DNA of 64,000 nt from Eledone cirrhosa. Lineage: Eukaryota. Positions 1 to 14,213 of this stretch are shown piece after piece; position 1 is the stretch's first letter; the number at the start of each line of letters is the position of its first letter. The position numbers were made by a program, and so were the translations under genes. The stretch covers positions 127,534,001 to 127,598,000 of the forward strand of contig OZ024741.1 in the NCBI GenBank assembly GCA_964016885.1. Direction: 5' to 3'. The notes below the pieces were generated by a model, which worked only from the letters and a program-made list of their open reading frames with translations, searched no databases and was not told the origin of the DNA.

Positions 1-258
1 CCACTCCATCCCACCCGCCAATATATCTTTCATGAGAACAGGCCGAAACACTGTAAAGTGGTCGTGATGGTGACACGGTAAAAAACACCCAGTCCACACT
101 GTAAAGTAGTCGTGGAGGAATCACAACAAAAAACACCCAGTACTCATTGTAAATGAGCTTGGCATTAGGAAGGGCATCCAGCTGTAGAAACCAAGCCAAA
201 ATCAGTTCTTTATGAGCAAGACATGGTCACCTGACCTAACATTACCAACAATAGAAGG

Positions 259-452
259 CACATGGCTCAGTGGTTAGAGCATTGGGCTTGCAATTGAAAG
301 GTTGTGAGTTTAATTCTCGGACCGGGGGATGTGTTGTTTCCTTGAGCAAGACACTTTATTTCACATTGCTCCAGTTTACTCAGCTGTATAAATGAGATGA
401 TAGGACTGGGGTCCCTATCATTCCACTGCAAAGTGGTCGTGGAGGTGCCACG

Positions 453-488
<36 letters not shown>

Positions 489-657
489 ACCCAGCACTCA
501 CTGTAAATGAGGTTGGTGTTAGGAAGGGCATCCAGCTCTAGAAATCAAGACAGAATCAGTTCCCGTATGAGCAAAACAAGGTCAGCCGACTGGACACTGC
601 CCACAATAGGACAACCCATGCTAGCGTAGAAGAACTGACATAAAATGATGATGATGA
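259..657 (+). mobile_element. tRNA-derived SINE with RTE-like 3' tail
   Basis: A-box-like tggctcagtggttagagc, degenerate B-box, central ccttgagcaagacacttt domain, tail ttggtgttaggaagggcatccagc...atgatgatg. Confidence 0.75.
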
Positions 658-689
658 AATATAACAGTTTTATAGCTTGCTTGAAGCAT

Positions 690-1060
690 TGATGAAGAAG
701 AAACACAAATTTAAATTTTGAAAACCAAGTTGAGGGCCTTTGAACCCCAGGCTATTGCAATAGCTGCTCCTGATTCTAGATGTGGAAGACGGGACCTTTG
801 GTACCACACAGTGACGTCCTGTTCGAGAATTGGTCCAGCTCTCAATGCGAAAGTTTGGTCTTAGTCCCTCCAGGATTTTCCATATGTATATCATTGCATA
901 TCTCTCCCGTCTTCATTCCGAGGAGTGGAGTTTCAATTCTTTTAGACTCTCCCAGTAGTTTATCTCCATCGTGGCAACCTTCTTGGTGTAGCTTCCTTGG
1001 ATTGTTTCAAGCTCCAAGGTTAGTTTCATACTATGGGGGTGACCACAGCTGGGAGCATTC
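690..1060 (-). mobile_element. CR1/L2-type LINE 3' ORF2 fragment
   Basis: IYIWKILEGL.PNF.IESW.NSRTGR, preceded by LELHSSE.RRERY on the minus strand. Confidence 0.65.
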
Positions 1061-1114
1061 ATCATTTCATTTTACGTCCACATTTTCCCTGTTTGCAAGG
1101 GTGGGACGGGAACT

Positions 1115-1372
1115 GATTCTGGCTTGATTTCTACAGCTGGATGCCCTTCCTAACACCAACCTCATTTACAGTGAGTGCTGGGTGCTTTTTTGCCGTGGCA
1201 CCTCCACGACCACTTTGCAGTGGAATGATAGGGACCCCAGTCCTATCATCTCATTTCTACAGCTGAGTAAACTGGAGCAATGTGAAATAAAGTGTCTTGC
1301 TCAAGGAAACAACACATCACCTGGTGTGAGAATTAAACTCACAACCTTTCGATTGCAAGGCCAATGCTCTCA
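1115..1372 (-). mobile_element. SINE copy, inverted relative to 259..560
   Basis: Reverse complement of the 259..560 copy; ORFs 267(-) and 1182(+) give near-identical peptides. Confidence 0.8.
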
Positions 1373-1382
1373 ATATGTATGT

Positions 1383-1577
<195 letters not shown>

Positions 1578-1604
1578 GTAATAATAATACATATGCAGAC
1601 TAAA

Positions 1605-1726
1605 ATCCAAAGAGGGCTCGATAGGGATAAATATATAAGAAGCGTAGAGCAAATATTTATTAAAATAACAGATTAAAGTTTAAGCAAAGAACTGGCTGCT
1701 TTCACCCTTAATCGGATCTTCTGAAA

Positions 1727-1761
<35 letters not shown>

Positions 1762-2160
1762 ATCTGTGAACGCTGAAGTAAATATTTTGAAAAACGTTGC
1801 AACCGAAGGAAGACAGGAAAACGATACTTTGGTTCGTGGAGACGTAGTTTTAAGTATTTCTTCCTGCTTGGTACGGGTATGTTCTTTGTAGAAATATTCA
1901 GATGTTTCTGCATGATGAATATAAGTCAATAGAGTACTCAGTCAAGGGAGCCAAATAGTAAATATAATAAATTTGAAAACTAACATCCAAAGAGGGTTCG
2001 ATAAGGATAAATATATATCAAATATATAAGAACTGTAGAGCAAATATTTATTAAAATAACAGATTAAAGTTTAAGCAAAGAATTGGCTGCTTTCACCCTC
2101 AATGGGATCTTGTGAAACTAAAAAAAAAAATCAATCTGTGAACGCAGAAGTAAATATTTC
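1605..2160. repeat. ~180-bp direct duplication (1605..1790 and 1985..2160)
   Basis: atccaaagagggYtcgata...aatctgtgaacgcWgaagtaaatattt occurs twice. Confidence 0.85.
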
Positions 2161-2164
2161 TAAG

Positions 2165-2255
2165 ACGACCTTTCCCAATTGCACCTCTCAAGGGCAATGA
2201 CACACGACCATGACCTCTGGCGTCACACAGTAATACAGAAGACCCAACTTTCCAC
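2165..2255 (+). mobile_element. RTE LINE ORF C-terminal fragment
   Basis: LHLSRAMTHDHDLWRHTVIQKT matches the end of the RTE ORF at 35675. Confidence 0.75.
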
Positions 2256-2299
2256 AGGAACATATAGACAATATTTGTTTTCCTTTGTTTTTTTTATGT

Positions 2300-5200
2300 C
2301 CTATGAACTAATCCGACCTCCAAAATGCTTGCAATTAACTATTTTTTTTAGCATATTAACAACAAATATGATTTCCACTACAATTAAAAATGACTAGCTT
2401 TGTGAATGGTTTTTCCATCCACTTTCTGCCTTCATTTTTCTACAAAGCTAATCCTTGATGATAGGTTTCAAAGTTATATTCATTCATAATATGTGAAAAA
2501 AAATAGTCAATTGCGAGCATTGGTGTGATGTAAATGGTAGGAGGAGGTGTTCTGTAATAAATTTACCATTGGGTGAAGTATATGGTGTGGATTGGGTAGA
2601 TTTTTTCCTTCACTTTTGCATGTGCTATCAAATAATACAACTTTCAAGATGCTTGCAGTGGACTATGCTTTTAGCATATTAACAAAAAATATGACTTCCG
2701 CTGCAATAAAAAATGACTAGCTTTGTAAATGGTATTTCCACCCACATCCTCCCTCTTTTTTCTACAAAGCTAGTCATTTTCATCAGGTTTCCATGTCATA
2801 ACCATTGATAATATGTGCATAAAATAGTAATTTGTGAGTACCATTTATGTCAAATTGGATTGTAAGCAGGGAAAAAAAAAAAAAAAAAAAAAAAAAAAAT
2901 GCCAAATGTAAATTTGTCACACCAAAATCAATAGCTTGGTGCGATGTACTATGGTGTGGTTTGGTGAAGTTTCTACAAAGAGTCATTTTCGACAGGTTTC
3001 CATGTCATAATTATTGATAAGTGGAAAAAAAATAGTCAATTGGGAGCACCTTTAATGTCAGATTGGGGGGTAAGCACACACAAAAAAAAAAAAGAAAACG
3101 GGAAGAAAATGTTTCACACCAAGATCAATAGCTTGGTGCGATGTAGTATGGTGTAACTTGGTATGGTGTGGTTTGGTTTGGTGAAGTTATGAAATGGAAA
3201 CCAATTCTAAACGATAGATTCCCATGTCATATTCATTGATGTGTGAAAATAGTAATTTGCAAGCACCTTTGATGTTAGTTTGGGTGGTAACCACAAAAAA
3301 AACAAAAAAACAAAGCAGGTAGCAAATTTGTCACATTGATGTCCATACCATGGTGTGATGTAAATGATAGGAGTAGGTATTCTGTAATAAATTTACCATA
3401 ATATGGTGTTGTTTGATAAAGTGTGGTTTGGGGTAGATTAATGTGGTGTGGTGTGCTTTGTTATAAGTAAGGAATTAAATTTCCACTTTGATTTATATCA
3501 GAAAAAATTTTTTTCCTTCACTTTTGCATGTGCTATCAACTAATACAACTTTCAAGATGCTTGCAGTGGACTATGCTTTTAGCATATTAACAAAAAATAT
3601 GACTTCCGCTGCAATAAAAAATGACTAGCTTTGTAAATGGTATTTCCACCCACATCCTCCCTCTTTTTTCTACAAAGCTAGTCATTTTCATCAGGTTTCC
3701 ATGTCATAACCATTGATAATATGTGCATAAAATAGTAATTTGTGAGTACCATTTATGTCAAATTGGATTGTAAGCAGAAAAAAAAAAAAAAAATGCCAAA
3801 TGAAAATTTGTCACACCAAAATCAATAGCTTGGTGGGATGTGGTGAAGTTTCTACAAAGAGTCATTTTCGACAGGTTTCCATGTCATAATTATTGATAAG
3901 TGGAAAAAAAATAGTCAATTGGGAGCACCTTTAATGTCAGATTGGGGGGTAAGCACACACACACACAAAAAAAAAAAAAAGGAAATGGGAAGAAAATGTT
4001 TCACACCAAGATCAATAGCTTGGTGTGATGTAGTATGGTGTAACTTGGTATGGTGTGGTTTGGTTTGGTGAAGTTATGAAATGGAAACCAATTGTAAACG
4101 ATAGATTCCCATGTCATATTCATTGATAATGTGTGGGGAAATAGTCATTTGCAAGCACCTTTGATGTTAGTTTGAGGTGGTAACCAGAAAAAAAAAAAAA
4201 AGCAGGAGGTGTTTTGTAATAAATTTACCATATAGTGAAGTATGGTTATGGTGTGGATTGGGGTAGATTAATGTGCTGTGGTGTGCTTTGTTATAAGTGA
4301 GGATTTAAATTTCCACTTTGATTTATGTTATAAAAAAATGTTTCCTTCATTTTTGCATGTGCTATCAACTTCCAAGAAGCTCGCAGTGGACTATGCTTTT
4401 AGCATATTAACAAAAAATATGACTTCCGCTGCAATAAAAAATGGCTAGCTTTGTAAATGGTATTTCCACCCACATCCTCCCTCTTTTTTCTACAAAGCTA
4501 GTCATTTTCATCAGGTTTCCATGTCATATCCATTGATAATATGTGCATAAAATAGTAATTTGTGAGCACCATTTATGTCAAATTGGATTGTAAGCAGGAA
4601 AAAAAAAAAAAATGCCAAATGTAAATTTGTCACACCAAAATCAATAGCTTGGTGTGATGTAGTATGGTGTGGTTTGGTGAAGTTTTTACAAAGAGTCATT
4701 TTCGACAGGTTTCCATGTCATAATTATTGATAAGTGGAAAAAAAATAGTCAATTGGGAGCACCTTTAATGTCAGATTGGGGGGTAAGCACACACAAAAAA
4801 AAAAGAAAACGGGAAGAAAATGTTTCACACCAAGATCAATAGCTTGGTGTGATGTAGTATGGTGTAACTTGGTATGGTGTGGTTTGGTTTGGTGAAGTTA
4901 TGAAATGGAAACCAATTGTAAACGATAGATTCCCATGTCATATTCATTGATAATGTGTGGGGAAATAGTCATTTGCAAGCACCTTTGATGTTAGTTTGAG
5001 GTGGTAACCAGAAAAAAAAAAAAAAGCAGGAGGTGTTTTGTAATAAATTTACCATATAGTGAAGTATGGTTATGGTGTGGATTGGGGTAGATTAATGTGC
5101 TGTGGTGTGCTTTGTTATAAGTGAGGATTTAAATTTCCACTTTGATTTATGTTATAAAAAAATGTTTCCTTCATTTTTGCATGTGCTATCAACTTCCAAG

Positions 5201-8200
5201 AAGCTCGCAGTGGACTATGCTTTTAGCATATTAACAAAAAATATGACTTCCGCTGCAATAAAAAATGGCTAGCTTTGTAAATGGTATTTCCACCCACATC
5301 CTCCCTCTTTTTTCTACAAAGCTAGTCATTTTCATCAGGTTTCCATGTCATATCCATTGATAATATGTGCATAAAATAGTAATTTGTGAGCACCATTTAT
5401 GTCAAATTGGATTGTAAGCAGGAAAAAAAAAAAAATGCCAAATGTAAATTTGTCACACCAAAATCAATAGCTTGGTGTGATGTACTATGGTGTGGTTTGG
5501 TGAAGTTTCTACAAAGAGTCATTTTCGACAGGTTTCCATGTCATAATTATTGATAAGTGGAAAAAAAATAGTCAATTGGGAGCACCTTTAATGTCAGATT
5601 GGGGGGTAAGCACACACAAAAAAAAAAAGAAAACGGGAAGAAAATGTTTCACACCAAGATCAATAGCTTGGTGCGATGTAGTATGGTGTAACTTGGTATG
5701 GTGTGGTTTGGTTTGGTGAAGTTATGAAATGGAAACCAATTCTAAACGATAGATTCCCATGTCATATTCATTGATGTGTGAAAATAGTAATTTGCAAGCA
5801 CCTTTGATGTTAGTTTGGGTGGTAACCACAAAAAAAAACAAAAAAACAAAGCAGGTAGCAAATTTGTCACATTGATGTCCATACCATGGTGTGATGTAAA
5901 TGATAGGAGTAGGTATTCTGTAATAAATTTACCATAATATGGTGTTGTTTGATAAAGTGTGGTTTGGGGTAGATTAATGTGGTGTGGTGTGCTTTGTTAT
6001 AAGTAAGGAATTAAATTTCTACTTTGATTTATATCAGAAAAAATTTTTTTCCTTCACTTTTGCATGTGCTATCAACTAATACAACTTTCAAGATGCTTGC
6101 AGTGGAATATGCTTTTAGCATATTAACAAAAAATATGACTTCCGCTGCAATAAAAAATGACTAGCTTTGTAAATGGTATTTCCACCCACATCCTCCCTCT
6201 TTTTTCTACAAAGCTAGTCATTTTCATCAGGTTTCCATGTCATAACCATTGATAATATGTGCATAAAATAGTAATTTGTGAGTACCATTTATGTCAAATT
6301 GGATTGTAAGCAGAAAAAAAAAAAAAAAATGCCAAATGAAAATTTGTCACACCAAAATCAATAGCTTGGTGGGATGTGGTGAAGTTTCTACAAAGATAGT
6401 CATTTTCGACAGGTTTCCATGTCATAATTATTGATAAGTGGAAAAAAAATAGTCAATTGGGAGCACCTTTAATGTCAGATTGGGGGGTAAGCACACACAC
6501 ACACAAAAAAAAAAAAGGAAATGGGAAGAAAATGTTTCACACCAAGATCAATAGCTTGGTGTGATGTAGTATGGTGTAACTTGGTATGGTGTGGTTTGGT
6601 TTGGTGAAGTTATGAAATGGAAACCAATTGTAAACGATAGATTCCCATGTCATATTCATTGATAATGTGTGGGGAAATAGTCATTTGCAAGCACCTTTGA
6701 TGTTAGTTTGAGGTGGTAACCAGAAAAAAAAAAAAAGCAGGAGGTGTTTTGTAATAAATTTACCATATAGTGAAGTATGGTTATGGTGTGGATTGGGGTA
6801 GATTAATGTGCTGTGGTGTGCTTTGTTATAAGTGAGGATTTAAATTTCCACTTTGATTTATGTTAGAAAAAAATTTTTCCTTCATTTTTGCATGTGTTAT
6901 CAACTTCCAAGAAGCTCGCAGTGGACTATGCTTTTAGCATATTAACAAAAAATATGACTTCCGCTGCAATAAAAAATGGCTAGCTTTGTAAATGGTATTT
7001 CCACCCACATCCTCCCTCTTTTTTCTACAAAGCTAGTCATTTTCATCAGGTTTCCATGTCATATCCATTGATAATATGTGCATAAAATAGTAATTTGTGA
7101 GCACCATTTATGTCAAATTGGATTGTAAGCAGGGAAAAAAAAAAAAAATGCCAAATGAAAATTTGTCACACCAAAATCAATAGCTTGGTGTGATGTAGTA
7201 TGGTGTGGTTTGGTGAAGTTTCTACAAAGAGTCATTTTCGACAGGTTTCCATGTCATAATTATTGATAAGTGGAAAAAAAATAGTCAATTGGGAGCACCT
7301 TTAATGTCAGATTGGGGGGTAAGCACACACAAAAAAAAAAAGAAAACGGGAAGAAAATGTTTCACACCAAGATCAATAGCTTGGTGCGATGTAGTATGGT
7401 GTAACTTGGTATGGTGTGGTTTGGTTTGGTGAAGTTATGAAATGGAAACCAATTCTAAACGATAGATTCCCATGTCATATTCATTGATGTGTGAAAATAG
7501 TAATTTGCAAGCACCTTTGATGTTAGTTTGGGTGGTAACCACAAAAAAAACAAAAAAACAAAGCAGGTAGCAAATTTGTCACATTGATGTCCATACCATG
7601 GTGTGATGTAAATGATAGGAGTAGGTATTCTGTAATAAATTTACCATAATATGGTGTTGTTTGATAAAGTGTGGTTTGGGGTAGATTAATGTGGTGTGGT
7701 GTGCTTTGTTATAAGTAAGGAATTAAATTTCCACTTTGATTTATATCAGAAAAAATTTTTTTTCTTCACTTTTGCATGTGCTATCAACTAATACAACTTT
7801 CAAGATGCTTGCAGTGGACTATGCTTTTAGCATATTAACAAAAAATATGACTTCCGCTGCAATAAAAAATGGCTAGCTTTGTAAATGGTATTTCCACCCA
7901 CATCCTCCCTCTTTTTTCTACAAAGCTAGTCATTTTCATCAGGTTTCCTTGTCATATCCATTGATAATATGTGCATAAAATAGTAATTTGTGAGCACCAT
8001 TTATGTCAAATTGGATTGTAAGCAGGAAAAAAAAAAAATGCCAAATGTAAATTTGTCACACCAAAATCAATAGCTTGGTGTGATGTACTATGGTGTGGTT
8101 TGGTGAAGTTTTTACAAAGAGTCATTTTCGACAGGTTTCCATGCCATAATTATTGATAAGTGGAAAAAATAGTCAATTGGGAGCACCTTTAATGTCAGAT

Positions 8201-9330
8201 TGGGGGGTAAGCACACACAAAAAAAAAAAAAGAAAACGGGAAGAAAATGTTTCACACCAAGATCAATAGCTTGGTGCGATGTAGTATGGTGTAACTTGGA
8301 TGGTGTGGTTTGGTTTAGTTTGGTGAAGTTATGCAATGGAAACCAATTGTAAACGATAGATTCCCATGTCATATTCATTGATAATGTGTGGGGAAAATAG
8401 TCATTTGCAAGCACCTTTCATGTTAGTTTGAGGTGGTAAGCAGAAAAAAAAAAAAAGCAGGTAGCAAATTTGTCAAATTGATGTCCATACCATAGTGTAA
8501 TGTAAATGGTAGGAGTAGGTGTTTTGTAATAAATTTACCATATAGTGAAGTATGGTTATGGTGTGGATTGGGGTAGATTATTATGCTTTGTTATAAGTGA
8601 GGATTTAAATTTCCACTTTGATTTATGTTAGAAAAAAATTTTTTCCTTCATTTTTGCATGTGCTATCAACTTCCAAGATGCTCGCAGTGGACTATGCTTT
8701 TAGCATATTAACAAAAAATATGACTTCTGCTGCAATAAAAAATGACTAGCTTTGTAAATGGTATTTCCACCCACATCCTCCCTCTTTTTTTCTACAAAGC
8801 TAGTCATTTTCGACAGTTTTCCATGTCATAATTATTGATAGTATGTGCGAAAAATAGTCAATTGCAGCACCTTTGATGTCAGATTGGGTGGTAAGAACAC
8901 AAAAAAAAAAAAAAAGAAACAGGAAGAAAATTTTTCAGAGATCAAAAGCATGGTGTAATGTAGAATGGTATAGTTTGTTATGGTGTGGTTTGGATTGTTG
9001 TAGTTATGACATGGGAACCTATTGTAAATGATAGGTTTCCATGTTATATACATTGATAATGTGTAAAAAAATAGTCATTTGTGAGCACCTTTGATATCAG
9101 ATTGGGTGGTAAGCACACACACAGAAAAGAAAAACAGGAAGAAAAATGTTCTCACTGAGATTAGTAGCATGGTGTGATGTAGTATGGTGTAGTTTGTTAT
9201 GGTGTAGTTTGGTATGGTTTAGTTTGGTGTAGTTATAACATGGAAACCTATCATAAATTTACCAAGGTATGGTATAATCTGGTTTGGTGTAGTGTAGGTT
9301 AGTGTGGTGTGGTGTGTTATTGTGTTGGAT
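2300..9330. repeat. Macrosatellite, ~8 units of 819-908 bp with internal ~200-bp subrepeats
   Basis: Marker gtggactatgcttttagcatattaac at 2658, 3566, 4386, 5210, 6102, 6921, 7814, 8687. Confidence 0.95.
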
Positions 9331-9439
9331 CGTATAGCGTGATTCTCTTTAAATTAAAATCATTAAAATGTAATGCCTATCTTCTATATCTTAAAGAGTG
9401 ACCTTAAATGTGATTGCAAATGACTTTTTTCTCTGGATT

Positions 9440-12350
9440 AATGTTAGATTTAGGGTTAATGTTAGTGTAAGTTTTACTGTTAATGGTAAGTTTATTGTTA
9501 GTGACTGTGTTACTGTTAGCATTACTGTCACTGTTAGTGTTACTGTAACTCTTACTCTTACAGTTACTGTTTGCGTTACTGTCTGCATCAGTGTTAGCAT
9601 TTGCATAAGCGTCTATGTAGACTGGTGTTAGTGTCTATGTAGTTTGGATTAGCCTTAGTGTTTGCGTAAGTGTCAGCATCTATGTCAGCATTTGCGTCAG
9701 CGTCTGCATTGGTGATAGTGATTGTATCAGCATTTCTCTTAGCGTCTGAGTCAACATTAGTGTTTGTTTCAGTGCCTGCGTCTACATCAGCATTATCATT
9801 AGCGTCCGTGTCAGCGTTTGCATCAGGGTGCACGTCAGCATTTGCATTAGTGTTTGAGTCAGTGTTAGCATCAGCGTTTGCATTTGTGTAGGGGTTAGCT
9901 TCTACGTCAGCATCTACATTAGCTTCTACATCAGCGCTTACATTAGTGTCTGTGTCAGCATTTGTGTTAGCTTCTACGTCAGCGTCTGTGTCAACGTCTC
10001 TATTTACATCTACATCAGCATGTGTTTACATTTGCGTCTGTGTCAGCGTTTACGTTAGCGTCTGTGTCAACGTGTGTTAGCATCTGTGTCAGTGTTTATA
10101 TTAGCATCTGCGTCAGTCTTTACGTTAGCATCTGTGTTAACGTGTGTCAGCGTCTGTGTCAGCATTTTCATTAGTGTTTGCATCAGTGTTTCCTTTAGCT
10201 TCTATGTCAATGTTTACGTCTGCGTTAAGATTCACATTAGCATCGCTGTCATCGTTTGCGTCAGCATTTGCGTTTGCTTTAACATCTGCATCAACATTTG
10301 CATCTGTGTTTGCATTAGTGTCTGCATTTGCTTTAGTGTTTGCATCAGCGTGAGCATTTGTGTCAGTGTCCACGTCAGCGTTAGAGTCTGTGTAGCATTT
10401 ACATCAGCGTGTGCATCAGAGTCTTTGTCAGCATTCGCCTTTGCACCTGCATCAATATTCACGTTAGTGTTTGTGTCAACGTAAGCGATTGTGTCAACAT
10501 TTGCGCTAGCGTTTGTGCCAGCATAGCCATCTTCGTCAGTCTCAGCGTTGGCGTTAGTGTTAGTGTTTTATTTTGTGTTAGTGTTTCCATTAGTGTTAGT
10601 CTTTGTTTTTCTGTTAATCTTAGTATTTGTTTTAGTGTTGAGGTTAATGTTAGCTTAGTTTTCTGGATAGTATCAGTTTTCGTGTTAGTTTTAGTGTTAG
10701 TGTTTTTTTTAGTGTTAGTTTTTATGATAGTGTTAGTGCTCAGATCAGTGTTAGTGTTTGTGTTACTGTTTATGGTAGTGTTAGTTTTAGTGCTAGTGTT
10801 TAGGTTAATGTTAGTTTTAGTGTAAGTGTTCAGGTTAGTGTTAGTGTTAATGTTAGTTTTAGTGTAAGTGTTCAGGTTAGTGTTAGTGTTAATGTTAGTT
10901 TTAGTGTTAAGGTTAGTGTTAGAGATTGTGTTTGTTTTTGTGTTAATATTTGTATTAGTATCTCTGTTAGCATTAGTGATTGACGTTTCCATTACTGTTA
11001 GTGATTGTGTTAGCGTTAGTCTTTGTTTTTGTGTTAATGTTAGCATTAGTATTTCTGTTAGTGTTAGCATGAGTGTTTGTGTTAGTGTTCAGGTTAATGT
11101 TAGCTTAGTTTTCAGGTTAGTGTTAGCATTCAAGTTAATGTTAGTTTTAGTGTTAAGGTTAGTGTTAGAGATTGTGTTAGTGTTTGTTTTTGTGTTAATA
11201 TTTGTGTTAGTATCTCTGTTAGCATTAGTGATTGATGTTTCCATTAGTGTTAGTGATTGTGTTAGCGTTAGTCTTTGTTTTTGTGTTAATGTTAGCATTA
11301 GTATTTCTGTTAGTGTTAGCATGAGTGTTTGTGTTCAGGTTAATGTTAGCTTAGTTTTCAGGTTAGTGTTAGCATTCAAGTTAACGTTAGTTTTAGTGTT
11401 AAGGTTAGTGTTAGAGATTGTGTTAGTGTTTGTTATTGTGTTAATATTTGTGTTAGTATCTCTGTTAGTGTTAGTTTTAGTGTAAGTGTTCAGGTTAGTG
11501 TTCAAGTTAATGTTAGTGTTAGTTTTAGTGTTAAGGTTAGTGTTAGAGATTGTGTTAGTGTTAGTATTTGTTTTTGTGTTAATATTTGTGTTAGTATCTC
11601 TGTTAGCATTAGTGTTTGATGTTTCCATTAGTGTTAGTGATTGTGTTAGCGTTAGTCTTTTCTTTGTGTGTTAAGGTTAGCGTTAATGTTAGCATTAGTA
11701 TTTCTGTTAGTGTTAGCATTAGTGTTTATGTTAGTGTTCAGGTTAATGTTAGCTTAGTTTTCAGGTTAGAGTTAGTGTTCAAGTTAATGTTAGTTTTAGT
11801 GTTAGTGTTGAGGTTAGTGTTAGAGATTGTGTTAGTGTTTGTTTTTGTGTTAATATTTGTGTTAGTATCTCTGTTAGCGTTAGTGTTTGTTTTAGTGTTG
11901 AAGTTAATGTTAGCTTAGTTTTCTGGTTAGTATCAGTTTTCAGATTAGTGTTTGTGTTAGTGTTACTTTTAGTGTTAGTGTTTATGGTAGTGTTAGTTTT
12001 AGTGCTAGTGTTCAGGCTAATGTTTGTGCTAATGTTAGTTTTAGTGTAAGTGTTCAGGTTAGTGTTAGTTTTTGTATTAGTGTTTACGGTAGTGTTAGTT
12101 TTAGTGCTGGTGTTCAGGTTAGTGTTCAGGTTAGTGTTCAGGTTAGTGTTAGTGTTCAGGTTAGTGTTTGTGTTCAGGTTAGTGTTTGTGTTCAGGTTAG
12201 TGTTTGTGTTCAGGTTAGTGTTTGTGTTAGTTTTCTATTTAATGTTAGTTTTCAGATTTTGTGTTTGTGTTAGTTTTCATGTTAGCGCTAAGTTCACTGT
12301 TAGGGCATGTGTGAGTGCAAGTGTTAGGGTAAGTTCGGTTTTAGCTTAAA
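9440..12350. repeat. Degenerate hexamer (GTTAGT/GTCAGC)n low-complexity array with internal duplications
   Basis: 6-bp periodicity and strong G/T strand skew; the VLVLVF and TNTN ORFs are by-products. Confidence 0.9.
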
Positions 12351-12687
12351 GTTAGGTTTTCTACTTTCCAGGAAAAAAGTTGATCCTCTCTAACTTGAGT
12401 GGTGTGATATAGTGTGGTAAAGTATAGTGTTTCATAGTCTTGTGTGGTGTTGTCTATTGTTGTATAGTGTAGTATGGTATATTGTTTCATAGCATGGTCT
12501 GATGTGAGGTCGTACAGTGTTTCGTAGTGCAGCGATGGATAATGTGGTATGGTATAATGTTTGTCAGTGTGGTGTGGCATGGTATGGTATAGGTTGATGT
12601 AGTGTGGCTTAGTTTGATTATAATAATACAAATAATAATAACAATAATAATAGTAATAATAATTGTTCTTGTTCATTTTCTTTGTCT

Positions 12688-12910
12688 TCTTCTGTGCCTT
12701 TGACTTCTGTGCTTTTGACTTCTTCTGTGCCTTTGACTGCTTCTGTGCCTTTGACTGCTTCTGTGCTTTTGACTGCTTCTGTGCTTTTGACTGCTTCTGT
12801 GCTTTTGACTGCTTCTGTGCTTTTGACTGCTTCTGTGCTTTTGACTTCTGTGCTTTTGACTTCTTCTGTGCCTTTGACTTCTTCTGTGCCTTTGACTTCT
12901 TCTGTGCCTT
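12688..12910. repeat. 18-bp minisatellite (ttctgtgcYtttgactKc)n
   Basis: About 12 tandem copies, a few shortened to 15 bp. Confidence 0.95.
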
Positions 12911-13774
12911 TATCTTCTCCTCTGCATCTAAATACCAAAAGCAAAGAATGTAAAACATATATGTTGCCTATCTCTCAGACTTTACAAAGTGCTGAGGAGA
13001 TAAAATTAATTTAAAGAGCAGTGTGCTCATGCACTGTGATCCTATAATGTAGCTTATAAGCTATTTCATAACTAAAAAACAATGTCAAACATCAACAAAA
13101 GTATATACAAATATCTTTGAATGTTTAAGTTAAACCTAAATAGATCGTATCTACAGGTCATTAGGTTAAGGCTGAACTAAGATCATATCTATAAATCATT
13201 AGGTTTAGACTGAACTGAGATCATACTTTCTTCTTCTTTTCGTCATCTTCGTTTCCCGTGTCTTCTTTGTCTTTGTTGTCATTTTCATTTTAGTCGTCTG
13301 CTTCGTCGTCTTTTTCTTCTTTTCCATCTAAATATAAAAAAAAATTGTAAACAAATATATAGCTGATCACTCCGAGGAGATACAGTTAATATAACGAGTG
13401 GGGAGCTCATATATATATATATATATATATGGTATAGCATGGTGTTATGTGGTCTGGTGTGGTACAACATGGTGTGATGTGGTGTGGTATGATATGGTGA
13501 CGTTAGATTAATGTTAACAATACACATGTAGCATCCACATGTGATGAGAAGGGGGAAACAGTGTTTAACTAATTTTAACATTACATGTAGCATCCATCTA
13601 CAGGTGATTAAGTTAAGACTGAGGTGTAATCATATGAAAAGGTCAATTTAAAACTACACTGAGATTCTGCTTAAAATGATGGCCAATGAAGTGTTTACTT
13701 ACTCAGATCCTTTGAAATAACTTTCTCTTACTGTAACTGGACATACCTACGAAATAGAAAACAGTTGAATAGAC

Positions 13775-14213
13775 AGTGGTGTGGTGTGGTGTAGTGTAGT
13801 GTGGTTTAGTGTAGTGGACAGTGGTGTGGTGTAGTGTAGTGGAGTGTGGTTTAGTGTAGTGGACAGTGGTGTGGTGTAGTGAAGTGTGGTGGAGTGGAGG
13901 GTGGTTCAATGTAGGGTGGGGGATATGGTGTCGTGGAGTGTGGTGGGATGTAGTGTGGTAGCATGTGGTGTGATGGCATGTGATGTGATGTGATGTGGCG
14001 TGGTGAAATGTGATGTAATGTGATGAAATGTGGCGTGGCGTGGTGAAATGTGATGTGATGTGATGAAATGTGGCGTGGCATGGTGAAGCGAGGCGAGGCG
14101 AGGCGAGACGAGACAAGACGTGATGTGATATGGTGTAATGTGGTGTGGTGTGATGTGGTGAGATATAGTGTGATGTGGTGTGGTGTGGTGTGGTGTGATG
14201 TGATGTGATGTGA
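13775..14213. repeat. (GTGTG/GTGAT/GTGTA)n pentamer low-complexity tract; similar tracts at 12400..12610 and 15362..15625
   Basis: Directly visible 5-bp periodicity. Confidence 0.9.

Noticed and set aside
259-330. tRNA gene
   Set aside because: Degenerate tRNA-like head continuous with a SINE body and tail; no complete cloverleaf.
9391-12349. Hydrophobic VLVLVF and TNTN ORFs as membrane or antifreeze proteins
   Set aside because: By-products of hexamer periodicity, open in several frames on both strands, with no splice or domain support.
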